This document shows, piece by piece, positions 1-12,715 of a stretch of 64,000 nucleotides of DNA; position 1 is the first letter of the stretch; the number at the start of each line of letters is the position of its first letter. Made by a program: the position numbers and the translations under genes. The stretch covers positions 31,434,001-31,498,000 of the forward strand of contig OX597817.1 of NCBI GenBank assembly GCA_951406725.2. The letters are read 5' to 3'. Origin of the DNA: Octopus vulgaris. Its lineage: Eukaryota. A model generated the notes under the pieces. It saw only the letters and a program-made list of their open reading frames with translations, did not search any database and had not been told where the DNA came from.

Positions 1-407
1 ATATTTATATGATTGGAAAGTTGAACTATTCTAAGAGCGTAAACGGCTGTGTGAATTACTTCAACTTTATCAGCTGTATTTATCATGTTCCTTCAAGTCT
101 TCATCGAATTCGAGTATTGTTTGTTTTCTCAATATGAATAGAGACAAAGAAAGCGCTCTCTCTCTCTCTCTCTCTCTTTCCTTATGTGTGTGTGTGTGTA
201 TGCGTGTGTATGTATGCATATATATAAGTATATCATTATATATATAGAAGAAGAGAGAGAAAGGGGAGAGGGAAGTGTATACGAACATATATATATATAT
301 ACACATATAAACTTACATATTTGCTTATATTTCAACATATATACTTATACATGCATATATATGGTTATAGATATATAACTGTGCATGTGCGCACGCGTGT
401 GCGGGCA

Positions 408-550
<143 letters not shown>

Positions 551-865
551 CTCTGTATGTATGTGTGAATGAGCATTATGTTACTGAATATAGCTGTTAA
601 TTTTTTGCGACAGAGGTTTAAATAATTATATGACGTTTCAGTGGTTTTAATTAAATATATTCTTGGCCAGCAGAATATTAAACTAATGTGTTAAATTCAT
701 TAAGAAAAGAGCAATGTGCCTGAAGTCAATGACGTCATATCAGGATTACGTCCTCTCTGGTGTAATTGAGAGGTTTTTTTACCCTTTTTGCAATTCACAT
801 TCCAATACAGCATCTGCAGACATCTTAATATTATATGTGTGCGTGTGCCATATACCTAGACATAC

Positions 866-933
<68 letters not shown>

Positions 934-1649
934 ATGTATCATGTGTTTGTGTCCTGGTGTGCGTGTTTTTTTGTATGCAAGTGTAAAGCTAGCTCTAACC
1001 AAAACACACTTGTTTGAATATATTTCTATATGTAATCTATATCTACAATGTAAAGCGCTTAAGCCATGCACATACATACTGACACACATACAAGAACGCG
1101 CAAACACACACACACACACACACACACATACACACACACACACACACAGCAATAATACATGCAGGGCATGTCTTGTAGGCACACGAACAATGCTAAAACA
1201 AAACAGGCAACAGCAGAACATGATATCGGTGCTTATCATTTGCATTATTTCTAAGGCCATTTATAATTAGAATTTGTAATCTGGAATTCTGTGATTTCTC
1301 AGTTGAAAATCCTTTATTCGAAATTCCAAAATCCGAAAACCTCCAAAATACGTTGGTTTATTTTTTTGTTTTTTTTTTTTGCTGCCATGACATGCCACAA
1401 AGTGCTGAGAATGCTTCACCAACTACAGCTGTTATGTACCGTTATGTCACGTGACTTTTTTAAGCTGTGATAATCACGTTTTGTTTTGTTTTTTGTACAG
1501 TAGTCGAAAACGTTATTTTTATGTGAAATCTGAATTTTATCTCCATGTAAGAGTGTAACATGACTAATTTCAGTAATCGTACATTTAAAAATAAAATGAT
1601 GACGTTATTCAGTTTCCATTTTTATTTACCGGTAATCATGCTCAGTGGG

Positions 1650-2066
1650 TAGTGGGTAGCGATTTTCTTCACAACTTCAGGGAGTGACGACCCTGCCTCA
1701 CACGAGTCGCGGACTCAGCTGGCTCCGACTGACAGAACCCGGTATGGGCCCTTATCCAAGGTTACGGAAAGAGGACAACCTTCAAAGAAATCCGGAGTGA
1801 GCCCCGTAGGCGGTTTAGTGTTCGTCTCGACACTCTTCCGACAGCTCCTGCAACGAAGCTGGTGCCAAACGTAATGCTCTGCACTCCTTTGGACTACGTC
1901 AGCAAGGTCGAGAGAGGAATCCTGATGATTTGGCTACCCAGGATATTCTTAGATCTAGCCCAGGACTGTGCAAAACTGGAGAGGACATGAAATGTAAAAA
2001 CCAGACTGGATTAGTTTATGCGCAACTCCATTGTCTCTCGAGAGAAAAGGATACCAACAACAACAA
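1650..2066 (+). mobile_element. Bipartite non-autonomous RTE element (5'UTR-like region fused to RTE 3' end)
   Basis: 1982-2058 (GGACATGAAAT...GCGCAACTCCATTGTCTC..GAGA..AAAGGATACCAA) matches the 3' end of the RTE relic at 54612-54700 (minus strand); (CAA)n tail; GC-rich 5' part; left boundary approximate. Confidence 0.6.
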
Positions 2067-2152
2067 TCATGTTCAATACTATGTTTTTATAAGTTACATA
2101 AAACCTAATATCTATACAATAAAATATAAAATACAAATAGTGTAGGTGTACT

Positions 2153-2460
2153 GTGAGGACGCATAGCCTAGTGGTTAGGGTGTTGCACTGACGACCGTGA
2201 GATCATGGTTTCAATTACTATACCGGATAGTGCGTTGTGTTCTTGAGCAAAACACTTCATCTCACTTTTCTCTACGATGACTTCGATACCTTAAACGTGG
2301 TGCACTGTACACTTGTTCAGGCAACATCGATTTGATGGAGGGAGTACGCTAATGTACAATACACACATTTCATCTCTATAAGCAAGTAATTTTTGCAAGT
2401 CGTTTGGCTAAAGCAGGACATTCATATCTCGTCTTCGACGGGAGAGTCCATTGTGTGTAG
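2153..2460 (+). mobile_element. SINE family C (tRNA head H2 with CORE-like TTGTGTTCTTGAGCAA), diverged
   Basis: A box TAGCCTAGTGG, B-box-like GGTTTCAATT, CORE-like block. Confidence 0.75.
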
Positions 2461-2730
2461 TGCAACCTTTTACTCAAAACATGACATCGTTCGTGAAGAC
2501 TGATATCTAACCTTTCTGATAGTATTATGTATAGGAAAAAGCATAAAATATTCATCTTAAACTGCATTCAGATTATATATAGATAAGCTATATTCTGAGG
2601 TGTAAATGGATATCCCAAGCTGTCCTCCATTTTAGAGATGCAAGAGTAAGAATACTCCGGAATCAGCAACACTTTCGACCCCGAGATTTTCAACTGTATT
2701 TCATATATATATATATATAATAATAATAAC

Positions 2731-2804
<74 letters not shown>

Positions 2805-2874
2805 TTAGGGAATAAATCCAAACTTACAGGGAAAAATCAGATTTAGGATTGAATCCAATTTTATAGTAAAATAT

Positions 2875-2936
2875 TATATTATATTAAATTAGAGACAAAA
2901 CTACTATTGCATAATAGTGGTTTTGTCTCTAATTTA

Positions 2937-2945
<9 letters not shown>
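2875..2945. repeat. Palindrome of about 70 bp at the end of a short cassette between (TAA)n and (TA)n
   Basis: TATATTAAATTAGAGACAAAACTACTATT-GCAT-AATAGTGGTTTTGTCTCTAATTTAATATA. Confidence 0.85.
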
Positions 2946-2988
<43 letters not shown>

Positions 2989-3339
2989 GTCATACTTTAG
3001 GTTTTATGCCATTGAAAACACTTTGGCAAGTGTTTTCCACCATAACCACGGGTCGACTAAAGCCGCGAGTGAAATTTGGTAAACTAAAATTTTATGGGTG
3101 TTCGTAAAAGAAGCGTTTACGTTCTTAGAGGTCTGGTTTAACACCACCACCTTATTCTTCGATGTCATTAGTGAAGGACCCACTGTTATAAGCATTTGGA
3201 TCGAGTCACTTCCCCGATTCAGTTCGAAAGACCTGAAAAGTGCCATAATTTCTATTTTTTCTACTCTAAGTCATAAAAATATCTGTTGAATATTGGTATC
3301 GATTAAGTAGAGTATATCCTTAAATTTGTGGACGTATGC

Positions 3340-3950
3340 CTATTGTTCTTGAAAATCATTGTATATGAAGGATAATGTAGGTAGGTGTAGTTCATCACAA
3401 TATACAGGCCGAAATGGAAGCAATCAGCGTTGGATATCCCATCGTTAAACTTCTCTGCATCATGATCTGAAATGCAAGATCTGTTCTACCTTGATGACGG
3501 AGACACGATTCATCTAATGTTAATTGCTTCCATAACGACCAGCATATCGTGATGAAATACATCTACCAACATTATCATGAATCTCCGAGCCCCAAGAAAC
3601 ATCTGTTGGACTTATAACACCTTATTTCCTCCCCTTTAATTTTCTTTATCGCTTGTTCTCTGCGTAAGTTTGATCTATTGATATAAATATCTATATATGT
3701 ATATTAAATATTCGTCTTCTGAAAGTCTGCAGTCGTTGCTTTCTCTCGTCTTGCATGTATACATATATACATATTTTGCATATCAAACCCAAACTGTTAT
3801 ATTTAATTTGTTTATTCTGATAATTGCCTCCATATCTGCTCAACTTGATCCTCCTTATAGCAATTCTTTATCCCCGCGGAATTGGTCCCGCGTAAAGACA
3901 TCGGAGCCTAAGTTTGAATCATTTGAGTGCTGCTGTTTTCTATACTGTGA
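3340..3950 (+). mobile_element. Possible decayed Penelope-like GIY-YIG fragment
   Basis: Broken translation KIIVYEG*C...CSSSQYTGR...RWISHR resembles GIY-YIG motifs; contains stops and frameshifts. Confidence 0.3.
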
Positions 3951-3969
3951 ATATGTATGTATACATACA

Positions 3970-4049
<80 letters not shown>

Positions 4050-4124
4050 AGAGAGAGAGAGAGAATATAGAGATATAGAGAGGCATGTATATACTGTATA
4101 TAAAGGCATATATATATATATATA

Positions 4125-4308
4125 TAAATTCTATGATTGTAAGCATAATCATGATTAGGGTTCAGCAAATTGCTTCACCTCATACCGATTTAGAAATAGC
4201 AGTTAAATACTGTTCCTCTACCTGCTTTAACTGTTATTTCTAATTCGGTATGTGGTGAAGCAATTTACTGAACCCTAGTTATAATTATGCTTAGAATTAT
4301 AGAATTTT
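4125..4308. repeat. Imperfect fold-back (arms about 80-90 bp) in a (TA)n-flanked cassette
   Basis: TAAGCATAATCATGATTAGGGTTCAGCAAATTGCTTCACC pairs with GGTGAAGCAATTTACTGAACCCTAGTTATAATTATGCTTA. Confidence 0.85.
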
Positions 4309-4396
4309 TGTATAAGGTTACCGATAAAGGTTATTTTAACATACCGAACTACTTGGTAAAATTATAAATTATTAATTAATTTTACCGTTTATTATG

Positions 4397-4446
<50 letters not shown>

Positions 4447-4928
4447 TTTATGTACAGTAACTTACACATTCTCTTAAAATCCAACCAAAATACTACAAAC
4501 CATAGTAAGTAAATTGTAAATGAATATAAAAGGAATATTATTATGAAAACTAAATGCGGTGCTTGCCAACTGTATGTCAGGTTTAAAAAGTAGAGTCAAT
4601 TACTTCAAAATTCCAGCGTTTTTACAAACCTTATGTATCTTCGCAATTTTTACTTGTGTGCCCCTAAGGGTAAGCGTAGTCCGGTTTCAGAACCCTAAGG
4701 CAGATGGAGCACGCAAAATATTTTCTTAATTGACTGTTCAGATTCGACACTTGGCTAGCTAGCGGCAACAACGGCAACTACAACAAGGGCAACAACAGAA
4801 AAAATAACAATCATACCAACAATTACATATAGATAGTTTCAGTTAAATTATCAAGAAGTAGTGAAATTGGTAGTCATAACGTGCATGTTAAAAACAATCA
4901 CGAAGATTATAATTAGAATTATAATAAT

Positions 4929-5160
<232 letters not shown>

Positions 5161-5162
5161 AT

Positions 5163-5358
5163 GCCAGCGAGCTGGAAGAATCATTAGCGGCAATTTCGCA
5201 CGTCTTTACGTTCTGAGTTCAAATTCGGCCGAGGTCAGCTTTACCTTTCATCATTTTGGGGTCGAAAAGATAAGTATCAATCAAGCACTGAAGCTGATGT
5301 AATCGACTTACACCTCCCCTAAATTTCAGGCCTTGTGCCAATAGCAGAAAGGATTTTT

Positions 5359-5456
<98 letters not shown>

Positions 5457-5871
5457 CACCAAGCGGTGAGCTGGCAGAATCGTTTGCACGCCGAACAAAA
5501 TGCTTGGCGGCATTTCCCTTGGTCTTTATGGTCTGAGTTCAAATTCTGACGAGGTCAGCTTTGCTCTATCATCCTTTCAGAGTCGATAAACTAAGCACTG
5601 GATTCGATGTAATCTACTTAACCCCTCCCCACAAAATTGCCAGCCTTATACTAAAATTAGAAAGAAGCAGAAGCGTTAGCACACTGGACAAAATGCTTAA
5701 CGGCATTTCGTCTGTCTTTACGTTCTGAGTTCAAATTCCACCGAGTTCGACTTTGTTTTTCATCCTTTCGAGGTCGATAAATTAAGCACCAGTGAAATAC
5801 TGGGGTCGATATTATCGACTTACCTACTCCCCACAAATTTCAGGCCTTGTGCCTATAATAGAAAGGATTAT
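5163..5871 (+). mobile_element. Three SINE-A copies (tRNA head, Meta-like domain, type-B tail) set in (ATT)n
   Basis: GAGCTGGCAGAA A box, GAGTTCAAATTC B box, CCTTTCATCCTTTCGGGGTCGATAAA central domain; tail CCTTGTGCC..TAGAAAGGATT. Confidence 0.85.
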
Positions 5872-6266
5872 TTTGCTCGAAGTTGATCGTAAATTGCTAG
5901 AAGCAACAGCGAGATCGACAAATACTGTTGATCTCATGATGATGACTATGGTGGTGATGACAATGTTGATGAAGAAGCTATAATAATAAGGAACAATTGG
6001 AGGAGAAGACACAAGAACAAATTTTGGGTAGAGGAAGAAGGGTAAGAGGTGTTGATAGTAGTGGGCGCTCTTATGAAGCCACCCACAGCAACAATTTGCA
6101 GGTGGGTGGTAGATTCTTCACCGGAAAAGGACATGAGTGTCAAAGAAGCTTTTGCTGAAAGATAATGTTTATTTCTTCCATTTTGGTTTTCTCTTTCGCT
6201 TCGTATTTTTTTTCCCCGGTCTCGTACTTGTTTCTTTGCTTATTATACCATCTGTGTGTCTAACTA

Positions 6267-6381
6267 ACTGAATGAATGAATGAATGGATGGATGGATGGA
6301 TGAATGGATGGATGGATGGATGGATGGATGGATGGATGGATGGATGGATGGATGGATGGATGGATGGACGGATGGATGGAT
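6267..6381. repeat. (TGAA)n(TGGA)n microsatellite
   Basis: Tetranucleotide run. Confidence 0.95.
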
Positions 6382-6955
6382 GTTTATCAGGTTCACGCTG
6401 TCCCCCACCCACCCAATAAAGTACTGGTGGATCCTTAGAAGTTTCTTTTCGACATGTTATTAGTAGAAACATCTTGAACTCTGGATCCCCGAACCGTCTC
6501 CTTGATCATTTTGATCGGCATAGAGACGGCCATCCGTAAAAATTACCTTCACGAGACGGAATGGTTCCTTCGGAAAATCTCTTTTACCATCCTTCGAAAG
6601 AACTCATTTGGCATTCTGCCAGACAGACCGCAAAACATTTGCAGAACTGACTGGCACATGAAGGCCACCAAGAAATTTGATTGAATTTGTGATATTATGT
6701 AATATAAGGATCAATTTTGAAGTTAAAAAATGGTATTCAAATTCCCTAAACATTTCCCTAACATGACCTTTCGCTTCTAAATACTTTTTGTTGAAACTTG
6801 TGTTCCAGTCATTATCTGTGTTTATAATTATAAACATATAAAAATAGTATAATTAGTAGAAATATATTATAATACTATGTTTTAGTATTTTATATATTAA
6901 AAATTATAGTTCTAGTGAATCAAGGCTAACCTGGAGTTAAACGAAGACAGATATT

Positions 6956-7307
6956 CTTTTCTACTCTAGGCACAAAGCCCGAAATTTTTGGAGAGGGACC
7001 AGTCGATTAGATTGACCCAGTACGCAACTGGTACTTAATTTATCGACGCCGAAAGGATGAAAGGTAAAGTCGACCTCAGCGGAATTTTAACTCAGAACGT
7101 AGAAAGAGACGAAATACCTATTTCTTTACTACCCACAAGAGGCTAAACACAGAGAGGACAAACAAGGACAGACAAACGAATTAAGTCGATTACATCAACC
7201 CCAGGCAAAGTCTACCTCGGCGGAATTTGAACTCAGAACGTAACGGTAGACGAAATACGGCTACGCATTTCGCCCGGCGTGCTAACGTTTCTGCCAGCTC
7301 GCTGCCT
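6956..7307 (-). mobile_element. SINE-A head-to-tail dimer with 19-bp TSD
   Basis: TSD TTAAACGAAGACAGATATT at 6937-6955 and 7308-7326; internal junction GACGAAATACC|TATTTCTTT at 7118/7119. Confidence 0.92.
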
Positions 7308-7539
7308 TTAAACGAAGACAGATATTAACAGATCCTGTTCATATAGCAACTAGTGTTAAATGCTATCCAAGTATGACCTCTCCATCATTTTTACATGTGA
7401 AAGTAAGTTGTGATCCCATTATAGTAGTATAGTTCTATTTCTAGGTCTGATGCCTGCATAGAGGATTACTGGTTGGCACCATGCAATTCTAATTGTCAAC
7501 GTTAATGTAAAATGAAAACAAAAATAGAGATACATGTCT

Positions 7540-8320
7540 ACGAATATTGAAGGGTGTGGATATATTCGATTGCCTCGTTTACTAAAGGGTGAAAACCAAA
7601 GTAAGCGTGAGTGGGATTTGAACTCGGAATGTAAAGGAGCATAACTAAACATCACAAGAATTATTGCCGAGATTCGGCCATCAGAGCTCGTTATTATTGG
7701 TTTCAAATTTTGGCACAGGGCCAGCAACTTTGGGGGAGAGGTATCAGTCGATTACATCGACCCAGTGCGCAACTGGTACTTATTTTATCGCCCTCAAAAG
7801 GAGATGAAATGTAAAGTCGACCTCAGTGGAATTTGAACTCAGAACGTAAAGACGGACGAAATGCTTCTATGCATTTTGCCCAGCGTGCTAATGATTCTGC
7901 TAGCCCGCCACCTTAGAACTGTTTATTATTACAATATATTTTAAGGCGGTAAGCTGGCAGAATCATTATCGTAGCAGTCAAATTAGTAAGCAACATTTCT
8001 TCCGACTCCCTAAGTTCAACTGCCGCTGAATTCGACTTTTTTTTTCATCCTTTCAGAGTCGATAAGATAAGTACCTGCTAAGTACTGGGATCGAGGTACT
8101 CGACTTAACCCTCCCCTAAAATTGTGCTGAAATTCAAAATCATTCTTACAACGTATTTGAAAGCAATAGTAAAACAAAATATCCTTTCTGCTATAGGCAC
8201 AAGGCCAGAAATTTGGGGGAGAAGACTAGTCGATTACATCGACCCCAGTACGTAACTAGTACTTCATCGACCTCGAAAGGATGAAAGGCAAAGTGGACCT
8301 CGGCGGAATTTGAACTCAAA
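7540..8320. mobile_element. Cluster of older SINE-A copies (7540-7690 minus, 7697-7914 minus, 7942-8140 plus, 8183-8320 minus)
   Basis: Repeated GAAAGGCAAAGTCGACCTCGGCGGAATTTGAACTC motif on both strands. Confidence 0.8.
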
Positions 8321-8437
8321 ACATGAGGAGGGATGAAATAATAGTAAGACAAAATATCAATGACAAGAAGAAGGGGTACGTAACCACGCATTGCTAAGTA
8401 CAGAGCAGATATGAAACAATAGTTTGACAAGATATTA

Positions 8438-9020
8438 TTTCCTTTTCTACTCTAGGCACAAGGCCCGAAATTTTGGGGGAGGGGTCCAGTCGATTAGATC
8501 GACCCCTATACGCAACTGGTACTTAATTTATCGACCCCGAAAGATGAAAGGCAAAGTCGACCTCGGCAGAATTTGAACTCAGAACGTAAAGACAGACGAA
8601 ATACCTATTTCTTTACTTCTCACAGGGGGCTAAACACAGAGAGGACAAACAAGGACAGACAAACGGATTAAGTCGATTATATCGACCCCAGTGTGTAACT
8701 GGTACTTATTTAATCGACCCCGAAAGTATGAAAGGCAAAGTTGACCTCGGCGGAATTTGAACTCAGAACGTAGCGGCAGACGAAATACCTATTTCTTTAT
8801 TACCCACAAGGGGCTAAACATAGAGGGGACAAACAAGGACATACATAGGTATTAAGTCGATTACATCGACCCCAGTGCGTAACTGGTACTTGATTTATCG
8901 ACCCCGAAAGGATGAAAGGCAAAGTCAACCTCGGCGGAATTTGAACTCAGAACGTAACGACAGACGAAATACCGCTAAACATCTCGCCCGGCGTGCTAAA
9001 GTTTCTGCCAGCTCACCATC
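8438..9020 (-). mobile_element. SINE-A head-to-tail trimer
   Basis: Units of about 184 bp; junctions at 8605/8606 and 8789/8790; short flanking repeat GA(C/T)AAGATAT. Confidence 0.92.
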
Positions 9021-9034
9021 TTGATAAGATATAT

Positions 9035-9250
9035 TGATTTCAAATTTTGGCACAAGACCAGCAATTTCGGAGGCGGAGCAAATCGATTACAGCGACCCCA
9101 GTACTCGAATGATACTTATTTTATCGACCCCGCAAATGGTGAAAAGGCAAAGTTGATCTCGGCGAAACTTGAACTCAGAATGTAAAGGCTGGCGAAATAC
9201 CGCAGTGTATTTTGCCCGTTGTATTAACGATTCTGCCAGCTCGCCGCCTT
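9035..9250 (-). mobile_element. SINE-A, diverged copy
   Basis: Same head and central domain as the other SINE-A copies. Confidence 0.8.
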
Positions 9251-10378
9251 ACTGCAATATTTTATATTAACAGAACGATTCTGTAACGCTCTATCTTGGA
9301 AATAAATGTCATCTCTGGGATTCTCCTGATTAGAAAAGGCAGAGTCATTTGAGTTGGCCTTTTATGTTCTCCATGGTTTAGCAGTATATATCATTTTGGC
9401 TGAGACATAAGAAACAAATGTATTTCATAAGTTCATCAATTCGACAAAAACTGAAACTTAGCATAAGATATGACTGATGTCTTCTTAGGATCTCTCTGTA
9501 TGATTCTATAAAATATCATCGAAGAGGAGAATGAAAGTTTGACTAAAATCGACAAATAGTAATTCGATTAATTAAAATTGATTATTTATCGAAATACCTA
9601 ATCACTCTCTCTCTTTCAATCTCTCTTTCTTGTTCTTCCCCCTCTCTCTCTTTCTCTCTCGCTCTCTCTCTCTATTTCACTCTCTCTCTCTCTCTTCCTT
9701 TCAGTGTATTTCTGGGAGATCGTTTATCGGCGCGCACATGTGTGTTTGTGTGTGTGTGCGCGTGCGTGCGTGTGGGTTGTCAGAATTATAAACAAAACAA
9801 ATGGGGTGATGACATGTTAAAACCACATATACAACCTAGCTACAAGAAACTGGAATGATTAGAATGTTGTACAATGTAGAGGAATTCTTGCAATGATATA
9901 CGAAGGTAAAAATAAAATATATATATAAAAAAAAAGGGGTCCTACAAAATATATTAAAGAAGCACTCCAATCGTCGCATCTTAACAGGGACCACAAAACC
10001 TGCCGAACGAGTGCGCTATCTTTTAATGTTCGCTTCAGTCCAAGTTATTGACAGATATATTAGATTTCTTAAAGCGCCTCTCGTGCCCAGTACAGGAGCG
10101 ATTAGTCGGCGGTCTTAGTTAGTTGTTGGGGGAGGAGGTAGAATCACTGGAATAACTAAATATATGTAGAGGGAGGAAGTATTTAGAAGCCAGCTTCCTC
10201 TTTCCCCATGGCACAGCTTCATCGGATGATATTTACCAATTGAGCGAGTGAATGGAACAAGTTAGATAGAAATGATTGTAATTTGTTTTGGTAATTAGAA
10301 TGAGTACATGCAGGCACAAAAAAACACACACACACACACAGGCGCGCACGCACACGCGCACATAACAGTTCATCTATA

Positions 10379-11200
10379 AGCGCTGGCGTAGCTGTGTGAT
10401 AAGAAGCTTGCTTCCCAACCACATGGTTACGGATTCAATCCCATTGCATGGCACCTTGGGCAAGTATCTTCTGCTACAGCCTCGGGCCGACCAAAGACTT
10501 ATTTCTTTACTGCCCACAAGGGGCTACACACAGAGGGGACAAACAAGGACAGACAAACGGATTAAGTCATCCCAACCACATGGTTACGGATTCAATCCCA
10601 TTGCATGGCACCTTGGGCAAGTATCTTTTGCTACAGCCTCGGGCCGACCAAAGACTTATTTCTTTACTGCCCACAAGGGGCTACACACAGAGGGGACAAA
10701 CAGATTAAGTCAATTATATCGACTCCAGTGCGTAACTGCTACTTATTTAATCGACCTCGAAAGGATGAAAGGCAAAGTCGACCTCGGCGGAATTTGAACT
10801 CACAACGTAACGCAGACGAAATACCGCTAAGTATTTCGTCCGGCGCGTTAATGATCCTGCCAGTTCGCCGACCAAAGACTTATGAGTGGATTTGGTTGAC
10901 GGAAACTGAAAGAAGACAGCCGTATGCATGTGTGTATGTTTGTATATGTGTGTGAGTGCGAGTGTGTGTGTGTGTGTGTGTATGTGTGTGTGTGTCTTTG
11001 TATATGTGTTTGTCTCCACCACCTCTTGACAACCGGTGTTGGCTTTTACGTCACCGTAACTTAGCGGTTCGGCTAATGTGGTCGATAGAATTAGTAACAG
11101 ACTTTAAAAAAGAAGTACTGGAGTTAATTCACTCGACTAAGAATTCTTCTAGGCGGTGCCCCAGCATGACCGTAATCTAATGACTGAAACTTAAAAGAAT
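10379..11200 (+). mobile_element. SINE-B (tRNA-Gly-like head, CCTTGGGCAAGT block, internal microsatellite) interrupted by SINE-A and a local duplication
   Basis: Head GCTGTGTGATAAGAAGCTTGCTTCCCAACCACATGGTT; 3' end GGCGGTGCCCCAGCATG..TGACTGAAAC; insert at 10501-10870. Confidence 0.88.
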
Positions 11201-11247
11201 ATAGATAACGTGCGTGTGTACGTGTCATAAAATAACCTTCTGGTTTC

Positions 11248-11663
11248 CTCTTTTACTCTTTTAATTGTTTCAGTCATTTGACTGTGGCCATGCTGGAGCA
11301 CCGCCTTTTGTCGAGAAAGTCGACCCCTGGACTTATTCTTTGTAAGCCTAGTACTTATTCTATCGGTTTCTTTTGCTGAACCGCTAAGTTACGGGGACGT
11401 CAACACACCAGCATCGGTTGTCAAGCGATGTTCGGGGAGCAAACACAGACACACAAACACACACATTCACACATATATATATATACATATATATATATAC
11501 GGCGGGCTTCTTTCAGTTTCCGTCTACCAAATCCACTCACAAGGCTTTGGTCGGCCCGAGGTTATAGTAGAAGACACTCAGCCAAGGTGTCATGCAGTGG
11601 GACTGAACCCCGAGCTATGTGGTTGGTAAGCAAGCTACTTACAACACAGCCACTCCTGCGCCT
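11248..11663 (-). mobile_element. SINE-B, full length
   Basis: Full family sequence with (GAGTAAAA)n tail. Confidence 0.93.
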
Positions 11664-11739
11664 AAACAGTGTGTACGGAATGGCGCCAGTGGCTTCAAGG
11701 TTAGGAAGAGCCTAGCTGTAAGATTCATTTTAAACGAAA

Positions 11740-12030
11740 TAACCACACGGCTAAGCCCGCACGCTTAATACCGTTTGGGTATTAAGCTCACAATCATAAT
11801 CAGTGAAGTCGATTCTCTGATCGAGCGGTACGGTGCCGTTAGGCAAGATACTTCATTTCACGTTGCTCCACTTTACGCAGGTGAAACGAGTTCCAGCCGA
11901 TTAAGGACGCCATCATCAATCGTTAGGACAAGAGTTGAATGGTCGAAAGAGGGGATTGTGTCTCCTCACGACTACCATGAACATCTAAAACAATGAGCGA
12001 AAGAATGGTGCCTTGCTGTTATATCATACT
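11740..12030 (+). mobile_element. Diverged SINE-C (CORE-like)
   Basis: TTAGGCAAGATACTTCATTTCACGTTGCTCCA block shared with the H2 head. Confidence 0.55.
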
Positions 12031-12166
12031 CGCTAGCGATTGATGTTTGCATTCAGGTGTGTAAAAAGGGTGTGAGAGGGTGAGACAGCGGCGCTAAGTT
12101 TCAGATAGTCAGGTTTAAATGTTGCTTAACTTCTTAAATTGTATCTTTAATATAATGAAGCTGATA

Positions 12167-12715
12167 TACGAGGTGCGTTTAAAGACTATCCAACTTTATT
12201 TTTTTCCCCTCCAGAACTAATGCCACGTGGGCAAAATCCTTTGGGTGGAAGGTGGACGCCACCCTTTCTGCACATACATGAAAAATTTTACGCGTGTAGG
12301 CCGCGTCAGTTCCCGGCCGTTACACCTAGAGTACAGACGTGTAGAGCGCGTTCGTCGGATTTTCGCTTTCCCCGAACGCTTAGAGCAGACATATTGCAAC
12401 AAGTTTTGTTAAAAGCTTGGTGATACTCGAGCTCAAACCATCCAGAAGATTTAGCGATGATACCATGAACAAAACTCAAATCGAGAAGTGATCCAACCGC
12501 TTCCAACATGGTCACACCTCAGAGAAAAGCGAGTCGCGCTCAGACAGGCCATCCACAAGCCGAAACTAAGAACTGATTGAGAAGGTTCGGTGAATAGTCA
12601 TAGAAGATCACTGTGTAACAATCCAGGAAGTTACTCCCGAAGCGGAAATAAGCACAGGATCAGTGGATTTAATTTTAATGGAGGATTTGTGCATGCGGAG
12701 AGTGTCGGTGAAATA
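12167..12715 (+). pseudogene. Mariner transposase relic (5' TIR and N-terminal HTH region)
   Basis: TACGAGGTGCGTTTAAAGACT TIR-like start; broken translation LEQTYCNKFC*KLG...NRFQHGHTS..SESRSDRPSTSR...EDHCVTIQEV...EDLCMRRVS. Confidence 0.85.

Larger units (their letters stand above)
1300..2696 (+). mobile_element. Tigger/pogo-like non-autonomous DNA transposon (MER46/Tigger4-like) with nested insertions
   Basis: 12-bp TIR CAGTTGAAAATC at 1300 and GATTTTCAACTG ending 2696, followed by TA. Subterminal AAATCCGAAAACCTCCAAAAT and TGACATGCCACAAAGTG resemble Tigger4/MER46 ends (from memory). Confidence 0.6.

Noticed and set aside
730-737. CRE site TGACGTCA
   Set aside because: A single 8-mer is expected by chance in 64 kb, and there is no promoter context.
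1681-1760. HDV-like ribozyme at the 5' end of the RTE derivative
   Set aside because: Only simple hairpins could be drawn; no nested double pseudoknot was found by eye.
8438-9020. CRISPR-like regularly spaced repeats
   Set aside because: The units are whole SINE copies with no unique spacers and no cas genes, in a eukaryotic context.
9604-9720. Splice acceptor after a (CT)n tract (TTTCAG at about 9699-9704)
   Set aside because: The pyrimidine tract is a microsatellite and no ORF or donor follows.
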